Below, piece after piece: positions 26,505 through 43,231 of a DNA stretch of 64,000 nt. Location of the stretch: positions 40,858,001 to 40,922,000 of the forward strand of contig OX597833.1 of assembly GCA_951406725.2 (NCBI GenBank). The letters are read 5' to 3'. How positions within the stretch are numbered: the first letter of the stretch is position 1; every line of letters begins with the position of its first letter. This stretch comes from Octopus vulgaris. Lineage: Eukaryota. Both the position numbers and the translations under genes were made by a program. The notes under the pieces are model-generated. The model was given only the letters and a program-made list of their open reading frames with translations. It was not told the DNA's origin and did not search any database.

Positions 26505-27052
26505 GGACCACACAAGTGAGATTCTTCCTAACGATGATCAGCAAGGGGTTTCTTCTGAGCAAGAGATCAAAACTAAAATACATAAATGGCGACAACACCA
26601 AAGACGAAGGCAAGCAAATGGAAAGATGGTAGAACATTACTCCAGATTAAATTCCACAGAAAAGGCCGTCTTGGACAGTGTGTGTATTGGACACCGTGGA
26701 ATATCTTTCAGTGATGGGAGAACACACTGCTGTGCGTACTATTGAAGAACAGAGTAAAGGTATTCAATGGCTTTCAACCAAATTCCATCAAGTATGCAAA
26801 GAGCATCCGCTCGTACAGCTTATACAAAGTGCTGTATCAGTGCAGAAAAGAAAGGTCAACGCCACAGAACACAAGAGGCTGCAATATTGTTACTTTGCAC
26901 GAGAGTAATCAGTATAGAACCGATTACAGCTATAAAAGAATTTCCTTGCAAAGCACCATTGAGAAGGTCTTGGCTCATGCGATGCGAAACAGATTGCAGA
27001 AAATCGCTTCAAGCTGCACTGCGATTCGGGCATACCCCGAGTCTTGGTGTTT
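26505..27052 (+). mobile_element. Upstream part of the same RTE/BovB-like LINE, inverted
   Basis: KQMER…EHYS; CNIVTLHES…YKRISLQSTIEKVLAHAMRNRLQKIA…YPESWC, the pre-RT and RT-start motifs (YRGISLLS, PESQCGF). Confidence 0.8.
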
Positions 27053-27414
27053 GAAGAAAATCTAGTTGTTATTTTGCATAGGCCGAATGACTGCAGAGAG
27101 TGTTTCATAAGCGGTTGATCAACGGAAGCCTCTACGATCAAACTTGATCCAGAGCTGCGCGAGTTACCAACGTCATCATCACAGTCAACATCACTTTTTA
27201 ACATACCTCAACATCCACCACCGCCACCGGCGTGGCCACCGTCACCGCCGTGGCCACCGTCACCACCACCACCACCACCACTCGATACTGTTGTCGTCCA
27301 TATACTACCACCGTCCACCACCAACTCATCAAACCCATGTTCGCACCAATAAGTTCCAAACACTTAATTGCCTGAACCAGAACCTCAAAAGCCGTATCAA
27401 ATCCACAGCCATTA

Positions 27415-28610
<1,196 letters not shown>

Positions 28611-28857
28611 CGCATGTATACTCTCCATCGTATCTCGTCAACCGTACATCACATACAAAATACAAACCATCAGCAACAAACTCTCTCTCTCTCTCTCTCA
28701 TACACACACACAGCAAGATTTTTATCTAAAGCGTTTAATTAACTGTGATAATTGGAGATGGTCGTGTTAAACTTTACGACATTAGGATGTAATGTGTGTG
28801 TGTAGTTGGGTGTGAGGAATGGTGAAGAAGAGAGAGTCATACTAGCCAGCAGTATCC

Positions 28858-28886
28858 CTCCACCACCACCACCACCACCACCACCA

Positions 28887-28955
<69 letters not shown>

Positions 28956-29592
28956 ACTACTGCTGCAAATAATAATAATAATAATAATAATAATACTGCT
29001 GATGCCATCATCATCATCACCATCAACACCAACATTAAGAATATAAATGATATTCTACTTACACAACCACCGCTACCACCGCCATCACCACCATCAACAC
29101 CATACCACCATCACTACGACCATCACCTCAACCACCGACACTATCACCAACACCACCATCGCCACCATAGTCAGCATCACCATCAAAAAGACTGTCTTTG
29201 ATACTTTCCTCTCACACTTCAATGCTACCATTTCTAGCACCTGAATCAACACTACAATAACACCCCACCACCACCACCACCACCACTCTCTCCAACACAA
29301 CACTCACCACCACCACCACCACGACCACTCTCTCCAACACAACACTCACCACTCACCACCACCACCACAAGGAGCACTATCACTACCAGCGTCCCATCAC
29401 CACTATAGCCATCACCACGACCGCTACGACCACACCCCCGTCAACAAACCACCACTGCCAACAACAACAGCAACAACAACAAAAAAAAGAAAAGCTAAAT
29501 CACTTCAACTAGCATCACCAACGGCAACCAGCAGCAGCACCACCACCATCATCATCACTACCGCCATCACTACTACTACCACTATCACCACC

Positions 29593-29624
<32 letters not shown>

Positions 29625-30000
29625 CAACAACATCACCTCTTTCACCAATACCAATAACAATAACAGTACCGCAACAACCACTGCACCTCCACCACTACCA
29701 CCACCAACAACAAAAAACAGTAACATGAGCAACACTATAATCACTAACAACAACACCAATATTACTAACACTACCACTAACACTACCACCACGACCACTA
29801 CCACCACCACCACCACCACCACCATCACCTCCACTACCACTACTACCACAACAACAATCAGTAACAACAACACCAATACTAATATCATCACTATCATTAC
29901 CTCCACCACCACCATCATCACCACTACTACCATTACTACCACCACCATTATCCCTACCATTACCACCACCACCAACAACAACAACAACAACAAGGCTGCT
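28858..30000. repeat. Degenerate (CAC)/(CAA)/(CTA)n trinucleotide tract
   Basis: Directly visible. Confidence 0.9.
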
Positions 30001-30034
30001 ACGACCAATAGAAATACCTCCATTATCAATGATC

Positions 30035-30598
30035 CCTTTCTATTATAGGCACAAGGCTTGAAATTTGGGGGAGGGGTGAGTCCATTACATCGATCCCATT
30101 GCCTAACTGTTACTTAATTTATCGACCGCGAGAGGATAAAAGGCAAAGTCGACCTCGGAGGAATTTGAACTTAGAACGTAACGGCAGACGAAATACCCAT
30201 TTCTTTACTACCCACAAGGGGCTAAACACAGAGGACAAACAAACGGATTAAGTCGATTATATCGACCCCAGTGCGTAACTAGTACTTATTTAATCGGCCC
30301 CGAAAGGATGAAAGGCAAAGTCGACCTCGACGGAATTTGAACTTAGAACGTAACGGCAGACGAAATACCTATTTCTTTACTACCCACAAGGTGATAAACA
30401 CAGAGGACAAACAAAGACAGACAAACGGATTAAGTCGATTATATCGACCCCAGTGCGTAACTGGTACTTATTTAATCGACCCCGAAAGGATGAAAGGCAA
30501 AGTCGACCTCGGCGGAATTTGAACTCAGAACGTAGCGGCAGACGAAATACCGCTATGCATTTCGTCCGGCGTGCTAACGATTCTGCCAGCTCGCCACC
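30035..30598 (-). mobile_element. SINE family B with three tandem body units
   Basis: Repeated ggatgaaaggcaaagtcgacctcggcggaatttgaact units. Confidence 0.85.
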
Positions 30599-30899
30599 TA
30601 AATAAAAAAAAATACTAACTAGATTATGGCTGGAAGATAACAGTTTATTCATAGTAGCTGCCTTCACGATGGCTCCGGAACATGAGGCATGCATTTTACA
30701 TTGTGTCCATGGGAAGAGCTTTGAATATCTCCTTGATCTTTGCCACCAGCTTGGTCTTGGTGTTGCGAGCGGAGTTGTTGGTCTTTTTTTCAACTGTACT
30801 TCATTCATTGCAATCCATGGGATTACAACCGGGGTTATTAGGAGGAGAGAATTTGGGGCTGGTCAAGTCATAGAAATTCTTAGAGAACTACTTGTCGTA

Positions 30900-31388
<489 letters not shown>

Positions 31389-31706
31389 CTTCTAATTATT
31401 TCTATAGTTATGGCAAGGAACTAGATCATGCTCCTTCGCATATGGCCTTCCAGCAGCAACACTCTTCTGCTAAGATTTCACTGATCTCCAGCAGTTTCAC
31501 ATGGTCGACTGAGTTGAGCCTGAGGCCCTATTTAAAAGTTTAGGGTGGCATGACGTCCCCCTGACAGGAGCCACGCCCATGGACCTTTACAGTTTAGGGG
31601 AACTTGGTTTTCATGATGTCCATGTTATGTATTACAGCCTCTGCAGTGTTCGCGGAGCATTAAGCAACACTCATAATGTTGCCATTTTGATACCCGGCGC
31701 GAATCA

Positions 31707-31915
31707 TTATAGAATAGGCAGCTCTATTCCAACATTCAGATGGCTTTCTGTTTTGCATAAGGGTATCATTCTGTATTCTAGGAATGCAATCTGTTGTCGA
31801 TGCAGAGTGCATCTACATCTGAGTGATAATCCCGTGGACCCCACGTAGTTTTGGTGGCAGCCCGAGCACCTTATGACATAAATTATATTTTCAGAAGCAC
31901 AAGTAAAATTAGATA
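31707..31915 (-). mobile_element. Penelope-like element GIY-YIG endonuclease fragment
   Basis: NFTCASENIIYVIRCSGCHQNYVGSTGLSLRCRCTLHRQQI fits the C.S.N.IY.I.C..C...Y.G.T...LR.R...H signature of PLE (Neptune-type) endonucleases. Confidence 0.85.
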
Positions 31916-32116
31916 TATATAAATGTAAGTTAGGTACCAAAAATTCAGGGTGAATACTTGATAACTGTAAGCACCTGTATATGCCAGCTAGTGGTATAGG
32001 TGATAGGATATATGTAAAGTACTCTTTACTCTTTTATTTGTTTCAGTCATTTTCACTGTGGCCATGCTGGAGCACCGCCTTTTGATACATGCGTCCTGTT
32101 TTTCTTTTGATACATA

Positions 32117-32152
<36 letters not shown>

Positions 32153-33029
32153 TATATATGCATATGAATATTATAAATATAGATGCATACTTGTATGTAA
32201 GCATGTGACCATGCGCGTGTGCATGTGTGTTTGTGTCTTTACACCTGGTTTCATAATCCAAATATGGTTTATTCTTCATTAGCAATGCAGGAATATCTAT
32301 TCAACGTTAGCTTATATATCATTTTGTTAGCAGAAGGCATATGGTAGTGGTGGTGGTGGTGGTAAAAGTTGTGTAAGTGCTGGAGGTTGTGGTGGGTGGT
32401 CGCATTGATGAGTGTGGTAGTGGTGATGATGGTAGTTGCAGCAGTTAATTTAGTGAAGTAGATTTGTATGTGTGAATTGTTTAGCTTGTAAAAGGAGCTT
32501 AGTTTCGATTTTGCCACCTCATGCGTTAGCTGTATTTTAAGGAAACCAAGATGTGTATTTTGCATTGAAACCTATCCTAACTATAATGTTTTGAAGAGTG
32601 TTAATACGTTGCTGCTAGGCTGTATAATTTTGTGGGACGGTTACTCAGATCGCAGTTGTATATATGTAGGTTTATCATATTAATGCGGTTCTTGTTTCCG
32701 CCTTATATTTTGAATGGCTGAATTTTTACTGTGTTTCGGATGCGGCACTTGCGCACCGGATGCATAATTTTATGCATGTTATAAGATCTTCTACGTTGTG
32801 ATATTGCCTGTCCAAACTTATTTGTGTGAAAATAAGATTTTGAAAAGGTTTTGGGTTTTGGAGGTAAAAAAATTTCTTTGAACGATTGTGGGATGAAAGT
32901 TGTGTGCTGTAAACAACTTTTTTCGCTTCTATAAATATGCTTTTAAGCTAGTACTGTTGTATTGGATCATTAAAAATTTATATGCATTTTGTTCACAAGG
33001 TTTGTGAACAAAGGTTCACAAGGTTCATA

Positions 33030-33427
33030 GCCGCAGGAGTGGCTGTGTGGTAAGTAGCTTGCTAACCAACCACATGGTTCCGGGTTCAGTCCCACTGCGT
33101 GGCATCTTGGGCAAGTGTCTTCTGCTATAGCCCCGGGCCGACCAATGCCTTGTGAGTGGATTTGGTAGACGGAAACTGAAAGAAGCCTGTCGTATATATG
33201 TATATATATGTATGTGTGTGTGTTTGTGTGTCTGTGTTTGTCCCCCTAGCATTGTTTGACAACCGATGCTGGTGTGTTTACGTCCCCGTCACTTAGCGGT
33301 TCGGTAAAAGAGACCGATAGAATAAGTACTGGGCTTACAAAGAATAAGTTCCGGGTCGATTTGCTCGACTAAAGGCGGTGCTCCAGCATGGCCGCAGTCA
33401 AATGACTGAAACAAGTAAAAAAAAAAA
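33030..33427 (+). mobile_element. SINE family A, full length
   Basis: Almost identical to 54755-55166. Confidence 0.9.
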
Positions 33428-34452
33428 GTTTTGTTTTGTGAATATTTGAATTTTTAAAGGTATTTTGTGTGGGTCCCTACTGGAAGCATGTGATAACGGG
33501 GGTTCATGTTTTTTTTATGTAGTTGTTAAACGTCTACTAGGGTATACTTTTTTTGTTGAAATGTATGTCCTTATTTTTAAAAATTTTCTTTCGCTCATTT
33601 GTATGTTTATTAATATTTCTTTTGCTTAAATTTTAGTAACTGTTTCGATTTGTTTAGCATTATTTCCCTGAAGTCCGATGTTAACAAAATGGAGCAGTTT
33701 TACGTAATTCAATACATTAAGGCCTGTTAAAAATTTGTAGCTCGAAAGGAATGTAAATAAAGGCAACCCACTCACAAAAGGTTAAGAGACCACTATTTAT
33801 GTAGGAGCAAGCCATAATCAGCTTCTGCTCCAACTGTAACTTGAGTTGCTCGAATTTAGATGTGAGAGTATTCGGCCGAAACTTAAAGTCTCCCATATCC
33901 TTTAGAAAGTGTTTTAGTAGCTTTATAAAGTCTGTTGGCCAAATTTTCACTATCAGTCTGTCATTTTGACGTCTTTGGTATTCTTCTCCATTACCTTTCC
34001 AGTAAAGACATCAGTTCTCCTGTCCTTTTTTAAAAATCTTCAGCAATTCCTCTACGCCCTTGTTTTCCTTTCTGATCACCATAAGGTTCAAACAACCCAT
34101 GAGGGAAGGTATCCTTTCATAAAGGACTTCCTGTCCCTTGCCTGACTTAAGTGCGAGCTTATTTCTTTGCTCCTTTTCTCTGTTCTTTCTAGTTTTCCAT
34201 TCTTCTCCCGTATCTACTTCCACTTCATCGCCGCCAAGGAATTAGGTTGTAATGATGCCACGAGCTGGAAGATGAGACTTCTCGGTCATCATTTGACCCC
34301 TGGTACTGGTGACATTGAAGTTGAAGTGATTTTACTTGCATCATTTTTGGACAAGTTCAGAGGTGCAATCCGCGATACTCTAGAAACAGCGGTAGCAACA
34401 TCCATATTTTTAATCCCTAGAGTTTGCTAACAATATTACTGTTGCTCCTAGG

Positions 34453-34668
34453 GTTGGCGAGCGGGCAGAATTTTAAGCATGTCGAGCAAAATGCTTTAGC
34501 GTCATTTTGTCTGTCTTTATGTACCGAGTTCAAATTCCACGGAGATCGACTTTACCTTTCATCCTTTCGGGATCGATAGAATAAGTACTTGTTGAGCACT
34601 GGGGTCGATGTAATTGACCTACCCCTCCCCTGAAATTGGTGGCTTTATGCTAAAATTTCAAGCCATTA
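34453..34668 (+). mobile_element. SINE family B
   Basis: Family head and body; flanked by attactgttgc on both sides (possible TSD). Confidence 0.8.
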
Positions 34669-35857
34669 TTACTGTTGCGTCTACAGTTGTCTACCGCTTA
34701 TTTTTCTTTCCTTAATTCTTTTTATATACTTCTGGACAGAAAGCTCCCAGGTTTTCCGTAACTTTCACTTTTAAACCACAAATTTGACTGACCTCCTCTT
34801 AACTCTCTGAGTGGAGTATAGATCCGAGATAGCCTTATTGTCTTCGAGTTTATTAGAAATGGATGTCCATGCAAACACCTCTCAACCACATTTTGTCGAG
34901 GCAATCTCCGAATGCACTATCTGCACGTACTGTTGCGTAGAGATTAACATAAACCAAGGGTTTCATCAATATCTATATCCCTGGTTCTGATCCTAGTGCC
35001 CTGAAACCCATTTAATGTGGAGCCAGCCTGCAGGTATGCGTTTTGAGTACCATATCTTTAAGTACTTCTAACTTTGTCTCGTCCTCAGTATGAAAAACCT
35101 GGCTTACATTTACATACGTTCTCTCTCCTGGTCGATGGAGCACACATCCTGTTACAGGACTACTTTTGAGGTCATATGAAAGCATCCCTTTTTTCTGTAA
35201 ATAGATATATGTCACTTTCTCTTTACTTTTTTCTGGATAAATCCCTCGAGAAAAGAGGTATTGGCTTTCGTAACACATCTCGTCAACTCCTTCTAGTTTT
35301 CCATGAGCTGGCTTGGCACAAATCTAGTCGCTATTTTTTATCAAGAAATTATAGAATGTTGATGTTCCTGTTGATGGTGATGTTTGTACAGTTTTCTCAT
35401 AGAAAACGCTATTGTTTGTGTGTCTTTTATTGTACAAGTGCAAAACTTTAAAGCTTGGCGTTTTGCCTGTATTTTGTAATTCTTTTTCCATTTGAAAATA
35501 ATTTAGGCATGTTTGTTTACATTACTGTTGCTACCATCTGTGGCGAGCAGCTCTTCCTGCTACTTCCAAAGCGGCCATCTTGCAACACATGTAAATATAA
35601 TAGATATTTATGCGTCGAAAATGAGAAAACATTTTTAAATGTTTAAAGATAAGCAATTCTTCCACCACAGACAGTTGTGTAAAGTCTTAAACAGTAAAAT
35701 CGGAGCAAAAGACTTTATTTTCCATAAGATAACCCGGCTAAAAATTACTTTCTTTATGGAACTTTCGAAGAGAGGTGTAAAAATAATGGCCAAAATACCT
35801 AGTAGTACTGAGATACATCCCTTTACGTTCGAAGTTCAAATCCCTGGGGATTTTGCC

Positions 35858-36014
35858 AGATTTGCTGAAGCATGGAATAAACTGCCTGCGTCAGTTGTTG
35901 ACTGCCATGACACTGCATCCTTTAAGGCCCTCATGCTTTCCGAAATCCGCCGAAACTACACCTGATTATATATACACTTTAGATGAGTTGTAGTGCACCT
36001 GAGCACTGTACACA

Positions 36015-36070
<56 letters not shown>
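35858..36070 (+). mobile_element. CR1/L2-group LINE 3' end with (ATT)n tail
   Basis: FAEAWNKLPASVVDCHDTASFKALML (WN.LP..VV......FK motif), terminal stem-loop agtgc-acctga-gcact, (ATT)n. Confidence 0.75.
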
Positions 36071-36072
<2 letters not shown>

Positions 36073-36849
36073 TTATATTTTTCCGGATCGATGAGACAAA
36101 AAAATTTCTGTCAAATACTGGATTATTTTATATACTCCACCCAAATTTGTAGCTTTGGGCTAATGGGCTAATGTTAGAAATAATAACAATTATTATTATT
36201 ATAATTATTAGTTAAAATGAATATGAAGACGGAAGAAAGAAAAATAAAGAATACAAAATAGTAAAGCGGAAGTAAAAGTGAAAAAAAAAATGAAGTAGAA
36301 AGGATACCAAACACAAGAATATTTTTAAAAATAATGAAAAAAGAAATTGAAGATGACCAATAAGAAAAAAAGGAAAATCAAACAAACATTCAGACAAAAT
36401 AAATAAATTTAGAACAAGAACAGAAGGGAAATGATTAAAGAAGCTGAAGGATAAGATGAATGCTTAATACAGCGGCCACACGTTGACTTTTCAAGTCTTA
36501 GCCGGAGGCCAATGGCGGCTGGTCCAGATTGGAACAGACGATGTTTATTATTGAATGTAAAGGAGACGAGAATGTTTTGCATATGTGTTGAAAGGAAGGA
36601 AGTATTGTCTATAGACAAGAAAACACACATGAAACGAGGCAAAATAGTGATAATGTAAATATATAAATATAATGTGTGTCTTTATCTTTGTAACTATGTT
36701 TATATATGTGTGCATGCGTACACGTATGTGTACACATGCGGACGTGTGCGTGTGTATATGCAATTTTATGCGTGTCTGTTCTTATACATACAATGATAAT
36801 TTATGTTTGTGTATGTAACTGCCTCTCTTTCTTCCTCTTCCTCTCTCCG

Positions 36850-38047
<1,198 letters not shown>

Positions 38048-38061
38048 AGGCAGAAAGCATT

Positions 38062-38620
38062 GACAGATAGCAAATGTAAGCTGTGCGAGACCAAGACTGA
38101 AGCCATCAACCAGATTTCTGCCAACTGCGAGAGAATGTCTTCCAGATATTATCTTCCCATGAGGCATGATGCGGGGGCCAGAATTGTCTGAAACAGGAAA
38201 AGAAAGAAGAAAGCACCAACAGACGAAGTTAACTATACTGAGAGCGATGGCTTAAGAGAATATTTGTGGAATTTAAAAATTAAAACAGCCACTAAGTTGA
38301 AACATAACCCGTCACATAATGTTGTGTGGGACCACAAGGAAAAGACATGTTCTGTTATGGAAATCAGCTGCCCTCTGGACACCAATGTGCTTAGAAAAAT
38401 ACAAGAAAAAGTGGGCATTTATGGACCATTGAAAAGGAGTTTGTAAATCCAGTTCCCAAGATACACTTTCAGCTTCATACCCATTATCATTGGAGAAACA
38501 GGATACATACCAACCCGTTTGGAACAAAGTGCTCGGGGAGAGAACGCAAATCCTTACACTACAAATAATTATGATATCTTGGACTATAAAAGACTGCAAG
38601 ACCTTATTAAGATTTAATGG
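38062..38620 (+). mobile_element. RLE-type non-LTR retrotransposon fragment (zinc knuckle plus endonuclease), decayed
   Basis: DSKCKLCETKTEAINQISANCERMSSRYYLPMRHD (decayed CCHC plus RHD); WNLKIKTATKLKHNPSHNVVWD…MEISCP…EK…Y; FIPIIIGETG. Confidence 0.85.
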
Positions 38621-38791
38621 ATGATAAACAAGATACTTTCTTACATAATCTTGCTACCAACCAGGTGATGGATCAAAATATATGCTAAATCTAAAAGACG
38701 AGGAGAACATACATACACACATACGTACATACATACATACATACATACATACATACATACATACATACATACATACATACATACATACATA

Positions 38792-39130
38792 CGGTAAAAA
38801 AAACCCTTCAGTCACTAACGACCATGGGATTGCACCTTGACAGTTCCCCTCCGAGGCACAAGTCTGGGCAAGGTTGTTTGTGGAAGGCCAGCAGTCACCC
38901 ATACATACCAGTCTCACCTCTTCACGCCACCGATGTTGTCCAAGGGAAAAGCAACGGCTGATACAGCTTGGCACCAGTCCTGTCACAACTCATTTCTACA
39001 GCTGAGTGAACTGGAGTAACGTGAAACAACATTCCCTACTCAAGAACACAGCACACAGCCCAATCCGGGATTCGAACTTACAACCTCACGATTGTGAGCC
39101 TGACTCTCTAACCATTGAGCCATGCGCCTT
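38792..39130 (-). mobile_element. tRNA-headed SINE (fourth type)
   Basis: Minus strand aggcgcatggctcaatggttagagagtc…gttcgaatccc head, then a central domain tgtgttcttgag…cactcagctgtagaaatgagt and a distinct tail. Confidence 0.7.
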
Positions 39131-39193
39131 GACATACATACATAGATAGTAAGATTTGTGGCTACACCATCACCAAAACCAGAAGCATTTGCG

Positions 39194-39250
<57 letters not shown>

Positions 39251-39308
39251 TCTGTGTGTGTATATGTATATATATATATATATGTGTTTGTGTGTGTATG
39301 TATGTATG

Positions 39309-39371
<63 letters not shown>

Positions 39372-39382
39372 ATTTATGTATG

Positions 39383-39434
<52 letters not shown>

Positions 39435-39834
39435 AATATATATATATGCACATGCATAAGTACTTGAGTCTCCCTCAGTTTCGACGACAAGTATTCCATT
39501 TGAGTATTCGGGATACAGAACTACCCACCCACTCATTGGATTATCATGTAACTAGCCGTGTTTTGCACAACACTGTGTACCTTTAACGCAATACTCAGAC
39601 ATAATCTGCATGACACAGTGTATGACAAGGCTTGTACTTTGAATTTGAGGTACAATCACCTTGACGGCTTTCGATACCTTCTCATTGATCTAGTTTCCTT
39701 TGGATTAACACAAAGCTTAACCAAAAGCACTTAACCATAAAACCTCACAGCGGGATTGAACTCAGAGCCTAATGGTGGCGGAGCGGTTTTAAGTACTCAG
39801 CCATGCTTCTGTATTCTTATCCGTATTGCCATAC

Positions 39835-40187
39835 ACTCATAAATACATACATGCATACATACATACATACATACATACATACATACATACATGAATGCAA
39901 GCATGCGTGCATACATACATACATGCATACACATTTGCATACATACATACATTCATACAAATATACATACATACATACATACATACATACATACATACAT
40001 ACATACATGAATGCAAGCATGCGTACATACATACATACATGCATACACATTTGCATACATACATACATACATACATACATACATACATACATACATACAT
40101 ACATGAATACAAGCATGCGTACATACATACATTCATACAAATATACATACATACATACATACATACATACATACATACATACATACA

Positions 40188-40220
<33 letters not shown>

Positions 40221-40652
40221 GCATACATACATACTTGACTATATACAAACTCACATAAAGCATATCTATACACCCATACACACGCTTGCCGCACATCGTT
40301 ACCGTGTTGTTTACATCAAATAGCCGTGATATTTACCGATGAAAGAGGCGACACCCACTGAGAGCATCCACCACCACCACCGCCATCATCATGATTACCA
40401 GAACCACCACCACCACCACTTCTATACACTACACCCTTCCATCATATACATACATTCGTGTACACACACGCACACTCTTATGCATGCATACATACACTGT
40501 TATATTCTATATGTATGTATGTATATATGCATGTATGTACGTATATATAAATACGCATACATGTGTGTATATATATATACACATATATATGTAGGTGTAT
40601 ATGTATATATATATATATAAATACACATATATATATGGGTATATATATGTAC

Positions 40653-40697
<45 letters not shown>

Positions 40698-40813
40698 TAC
40701 GCATGCATGTATATATATATGTATATATGTATATATATATATGTGTGTACATATATGTATGTATATATATATATGTACCTATATGTATACGTGTGTATAT
40801 ATATAAATATACT

Positions 40814-40848
<35 letters not shown>

Positions 40849-40942
40849 GTAACATATATATATATATAGACACACACACACACATATATATATATATACA
40901 TACATGCATAAGAATATGTGTGTATATATATGTATGTATGTT

Positions 40943-40974
<32 letters not shown>

Positions 40975-41030
40975 TGTATCTATGTATGTATGTATGTACG
41001 TATGTATGTATGTATGTATGTATGTACATG
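39835..41030. repeat. (TACA)/(TA)/(TATG)n tracts with a ~116-bp higher-order unit at about 39890-40125
   Basis: The landmark atgaatgcaagcatgcgt recurs at about 39891 and 40007, with a variant near 40103. Confidence 0.85.
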
Positions 41031-41246
41031 TACTTCCACATGTGCGAGCATTCTCACACTGACCTTCAAATCTTTCCGAGTAGATGAGTGTAGTTCTTCT
41101 AAACACATCAACAGAACTATTTGCAATGGGAGTCAATGGGGGTAGCTTTTTTGTTGTCATTCGTAAGACATAGCAACCAAATCACCCGTCATTCACATCC
41201 TCCAACAACAGCAACAACGAGGACGACGACGACGACAACAATAACA

Positions 41247-41440
41247 GTGGAGGCGCAATGGCCCAGTGGTTTGGGCAGCGGACTCGCGGCCGTAAGAACG
41301 CGGTTTCGATTCCCAGACGTAGCATAGTGAGTGTTTATTGAGCAAAAACACCTAAGCTCCACGAGGCTCCGGCGGGGGTTGTGGTGAACCCCACCGTATT
41401 CTTTCACCACAACTTTCTCTCATTCTTTCTTCCTACTTCT
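41247..41440 (+). mobile_element. SINE family C, 5' part
   Basis: Family head. Confidence 0.8.
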
Positions 41441-41879
41441 GTCACAAAGCAGAAGAACCATGGTGTAAACCACTATGGTGTGGTAAACTTCCAGACCCCA
41501 ATCTAAATTGCGAATCCTCTGTACCCCATGATGGTTCAGCTCTCCACCCATTAAAAGCCACCGTTTACGGAATGGGGATAACAACGGAGCTTTCGTGCTC
41601 GTGCAACCGCCAGTCTATCGCGTGTGGTGGGTGGATCTTCAAGTTGCCACATGCATTCTTAGTAGCTTAGAGTAGGCTCGAATTAGAGATTATTCTTTGT
41701 GGCTAATGGCGTGAGCCCTGATTGGAAGAAGAAGAAGAAGAAGAAGAAGAAGAACAAGAAGAAGAAGAAGAAGACAACATCAACAATAACAACAACAACA
41801 ACAACAACAACAGAAACAGCATCAACAACGTTGCAATACAACAGTTTTTCAGTTGTTAACAGTGTTGCGATTTCAACAC

Positions 41880-42067
41880 TACGAGTGGCTGCTGAAAAAT
41901 TCATGGGTTTGGGTAAAAGAAAATACTGCAGGACCAGTTTATTCAACATATTCCTCTCTCAGATTCATCAGCTTTTCTAAGCCATGTAAAAGAACTGAGA
42001 AGGTAGGTCCTCCAACAGGAACATTCGCGATGCCCTTAAAGCCAGGAACTTTTCAGCAACGCCTTAT
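41880..42067. mobile_element. Tc1/mariner-type MITE
   Basis: Imperfect TIRs acgagtggctgctgaaaaattcatggg / gccaggaacttttcagcaacgccttat with TA flanks. Confidence 0.6.
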
Positions 42068-42137
42068 ATGTATATATATAAAATATAATATAATATATAT
42101 ATGTATATATAATATAATATAATATAATATAATATAA

Positions 42138-42169
<32 letters not shown>

Positions 42170-42219
42170 CATATACATATACATATACATATGCATATAC
42201 ATACATACATATATATATG

Positions 42220-42577
42220 TTTACAATGCGCATGTTGCCCAGATGAAAGCACACTCCCGCGGCTCTGAAATCCTTCCTCACCCCACTTACATTACCGACC
42301 TCGCACCATCTGACTTCCACCTCTTTCCAACCATGAAGTCTTTCTTCAAGGAGAAGCACTTTCGGATGATGAACTTATTTCAGAGGTAAAATCTTGGCCC
42401 TAGACGCAACCTACCGACTTCGACAGACGAGGTTTTGCAGCTGCATAAAGCGATACGAGAAGTGTGTCACCGTTGATGATGGCTATGCAGAGAAGGACTA
42501 ATAATTATGTCAAGTTTCGTTTATCCCGGTCCTTGTTAAGTGGGTCTGGGAAAAATCTGTAATGAACACTCTTCGTA
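42220..42577 (+). mobile_element. Mariner transposase 3' remnant with right end
   Basis: EILPHPTYITDLAPSDFHLFPTMKSFFKEKHF (YSPDLAP motif); ends …ctcttcgTA. Confidence 0.85.
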
Positions 42578-42892
42578 CGTACGTGTCCCCATGCATTACA
42601 TTCGTATGTGTGTCTCTGTGTGTATGTGTGTGTGCGTGTGTGTGTGCGTGTATGTCTGTGTGTGTGCATGCACACGTGTGTGCGTGTGTGTGTGTGTAGC
42701 TAGAACCGAAATACCTAGAAAGGATAATCCTGTGGATACAAATATAAAAAACAATAAGAGGTGCAGAGTGCATAATTACATATAGCATGAAAAGATACTG
42801 GTCAAATGTTCTTGTCAAGACTTCGGTAAAATGCAAGCATAACAGACCAGACAAAATGATTACGGACATGAAAAAGAAATTATGCACTGATG

Positions 42893-43028
42893 TGGCTGTT
42901 AGGTAAGAAGTATACTTCTCAATCAAATATTTCTGGGTTCAGTCTCACTGCGTGTCACCTTGGGCAAGTGTCTTCTACTATGGTCTTGGGCCGACCAAAG
43001 CCTTGTGAGTGGAACTGGTAGACACAGA
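42893..43028 (+). mobile_element. SINE family A, 5' part
   Basis: gggttcagtc…caccttgggcaagtgtcttctactat…gccttgtgagtgga. Confidence 0.75.
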
Positions 43029-43127
43029 CTATATATATACATATATAAGAAAAAATATTATTTTATTTATTTCTTAAATAAATATTGTTTAACTCTTTTT
43101 GCTTATTTATTTAACTATTATCATTAT

Positions 43128-43231
43128 TAACCTGAAGATTGACTATAATTTTAATTCGAATTCATTTCAATTGAATTTAAACTTAATTGTAATTCGAATT
43201 TAATTGTAGCCATGAAACGTACGTAGTGGTT
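43128..43231 (+). ncRNA. Type I hammerhead-like motif with intact core and ~75-nt helix II domain
   Basis: CTGAAGA(43132-43138)-t-tgactataatt…aattgtagcca-t-GAAAC-GTAC-GTA(43223-43225); palindromic helix III loop; helix I weak. Confidence 0.6.

Noticed and set aside
30035-30598. Regularly spaced repeats suggestive of a CRISPR array
   Set aside because: The units are ~180-bp SINE bodies without unique spacers, in a eukaryotic context.
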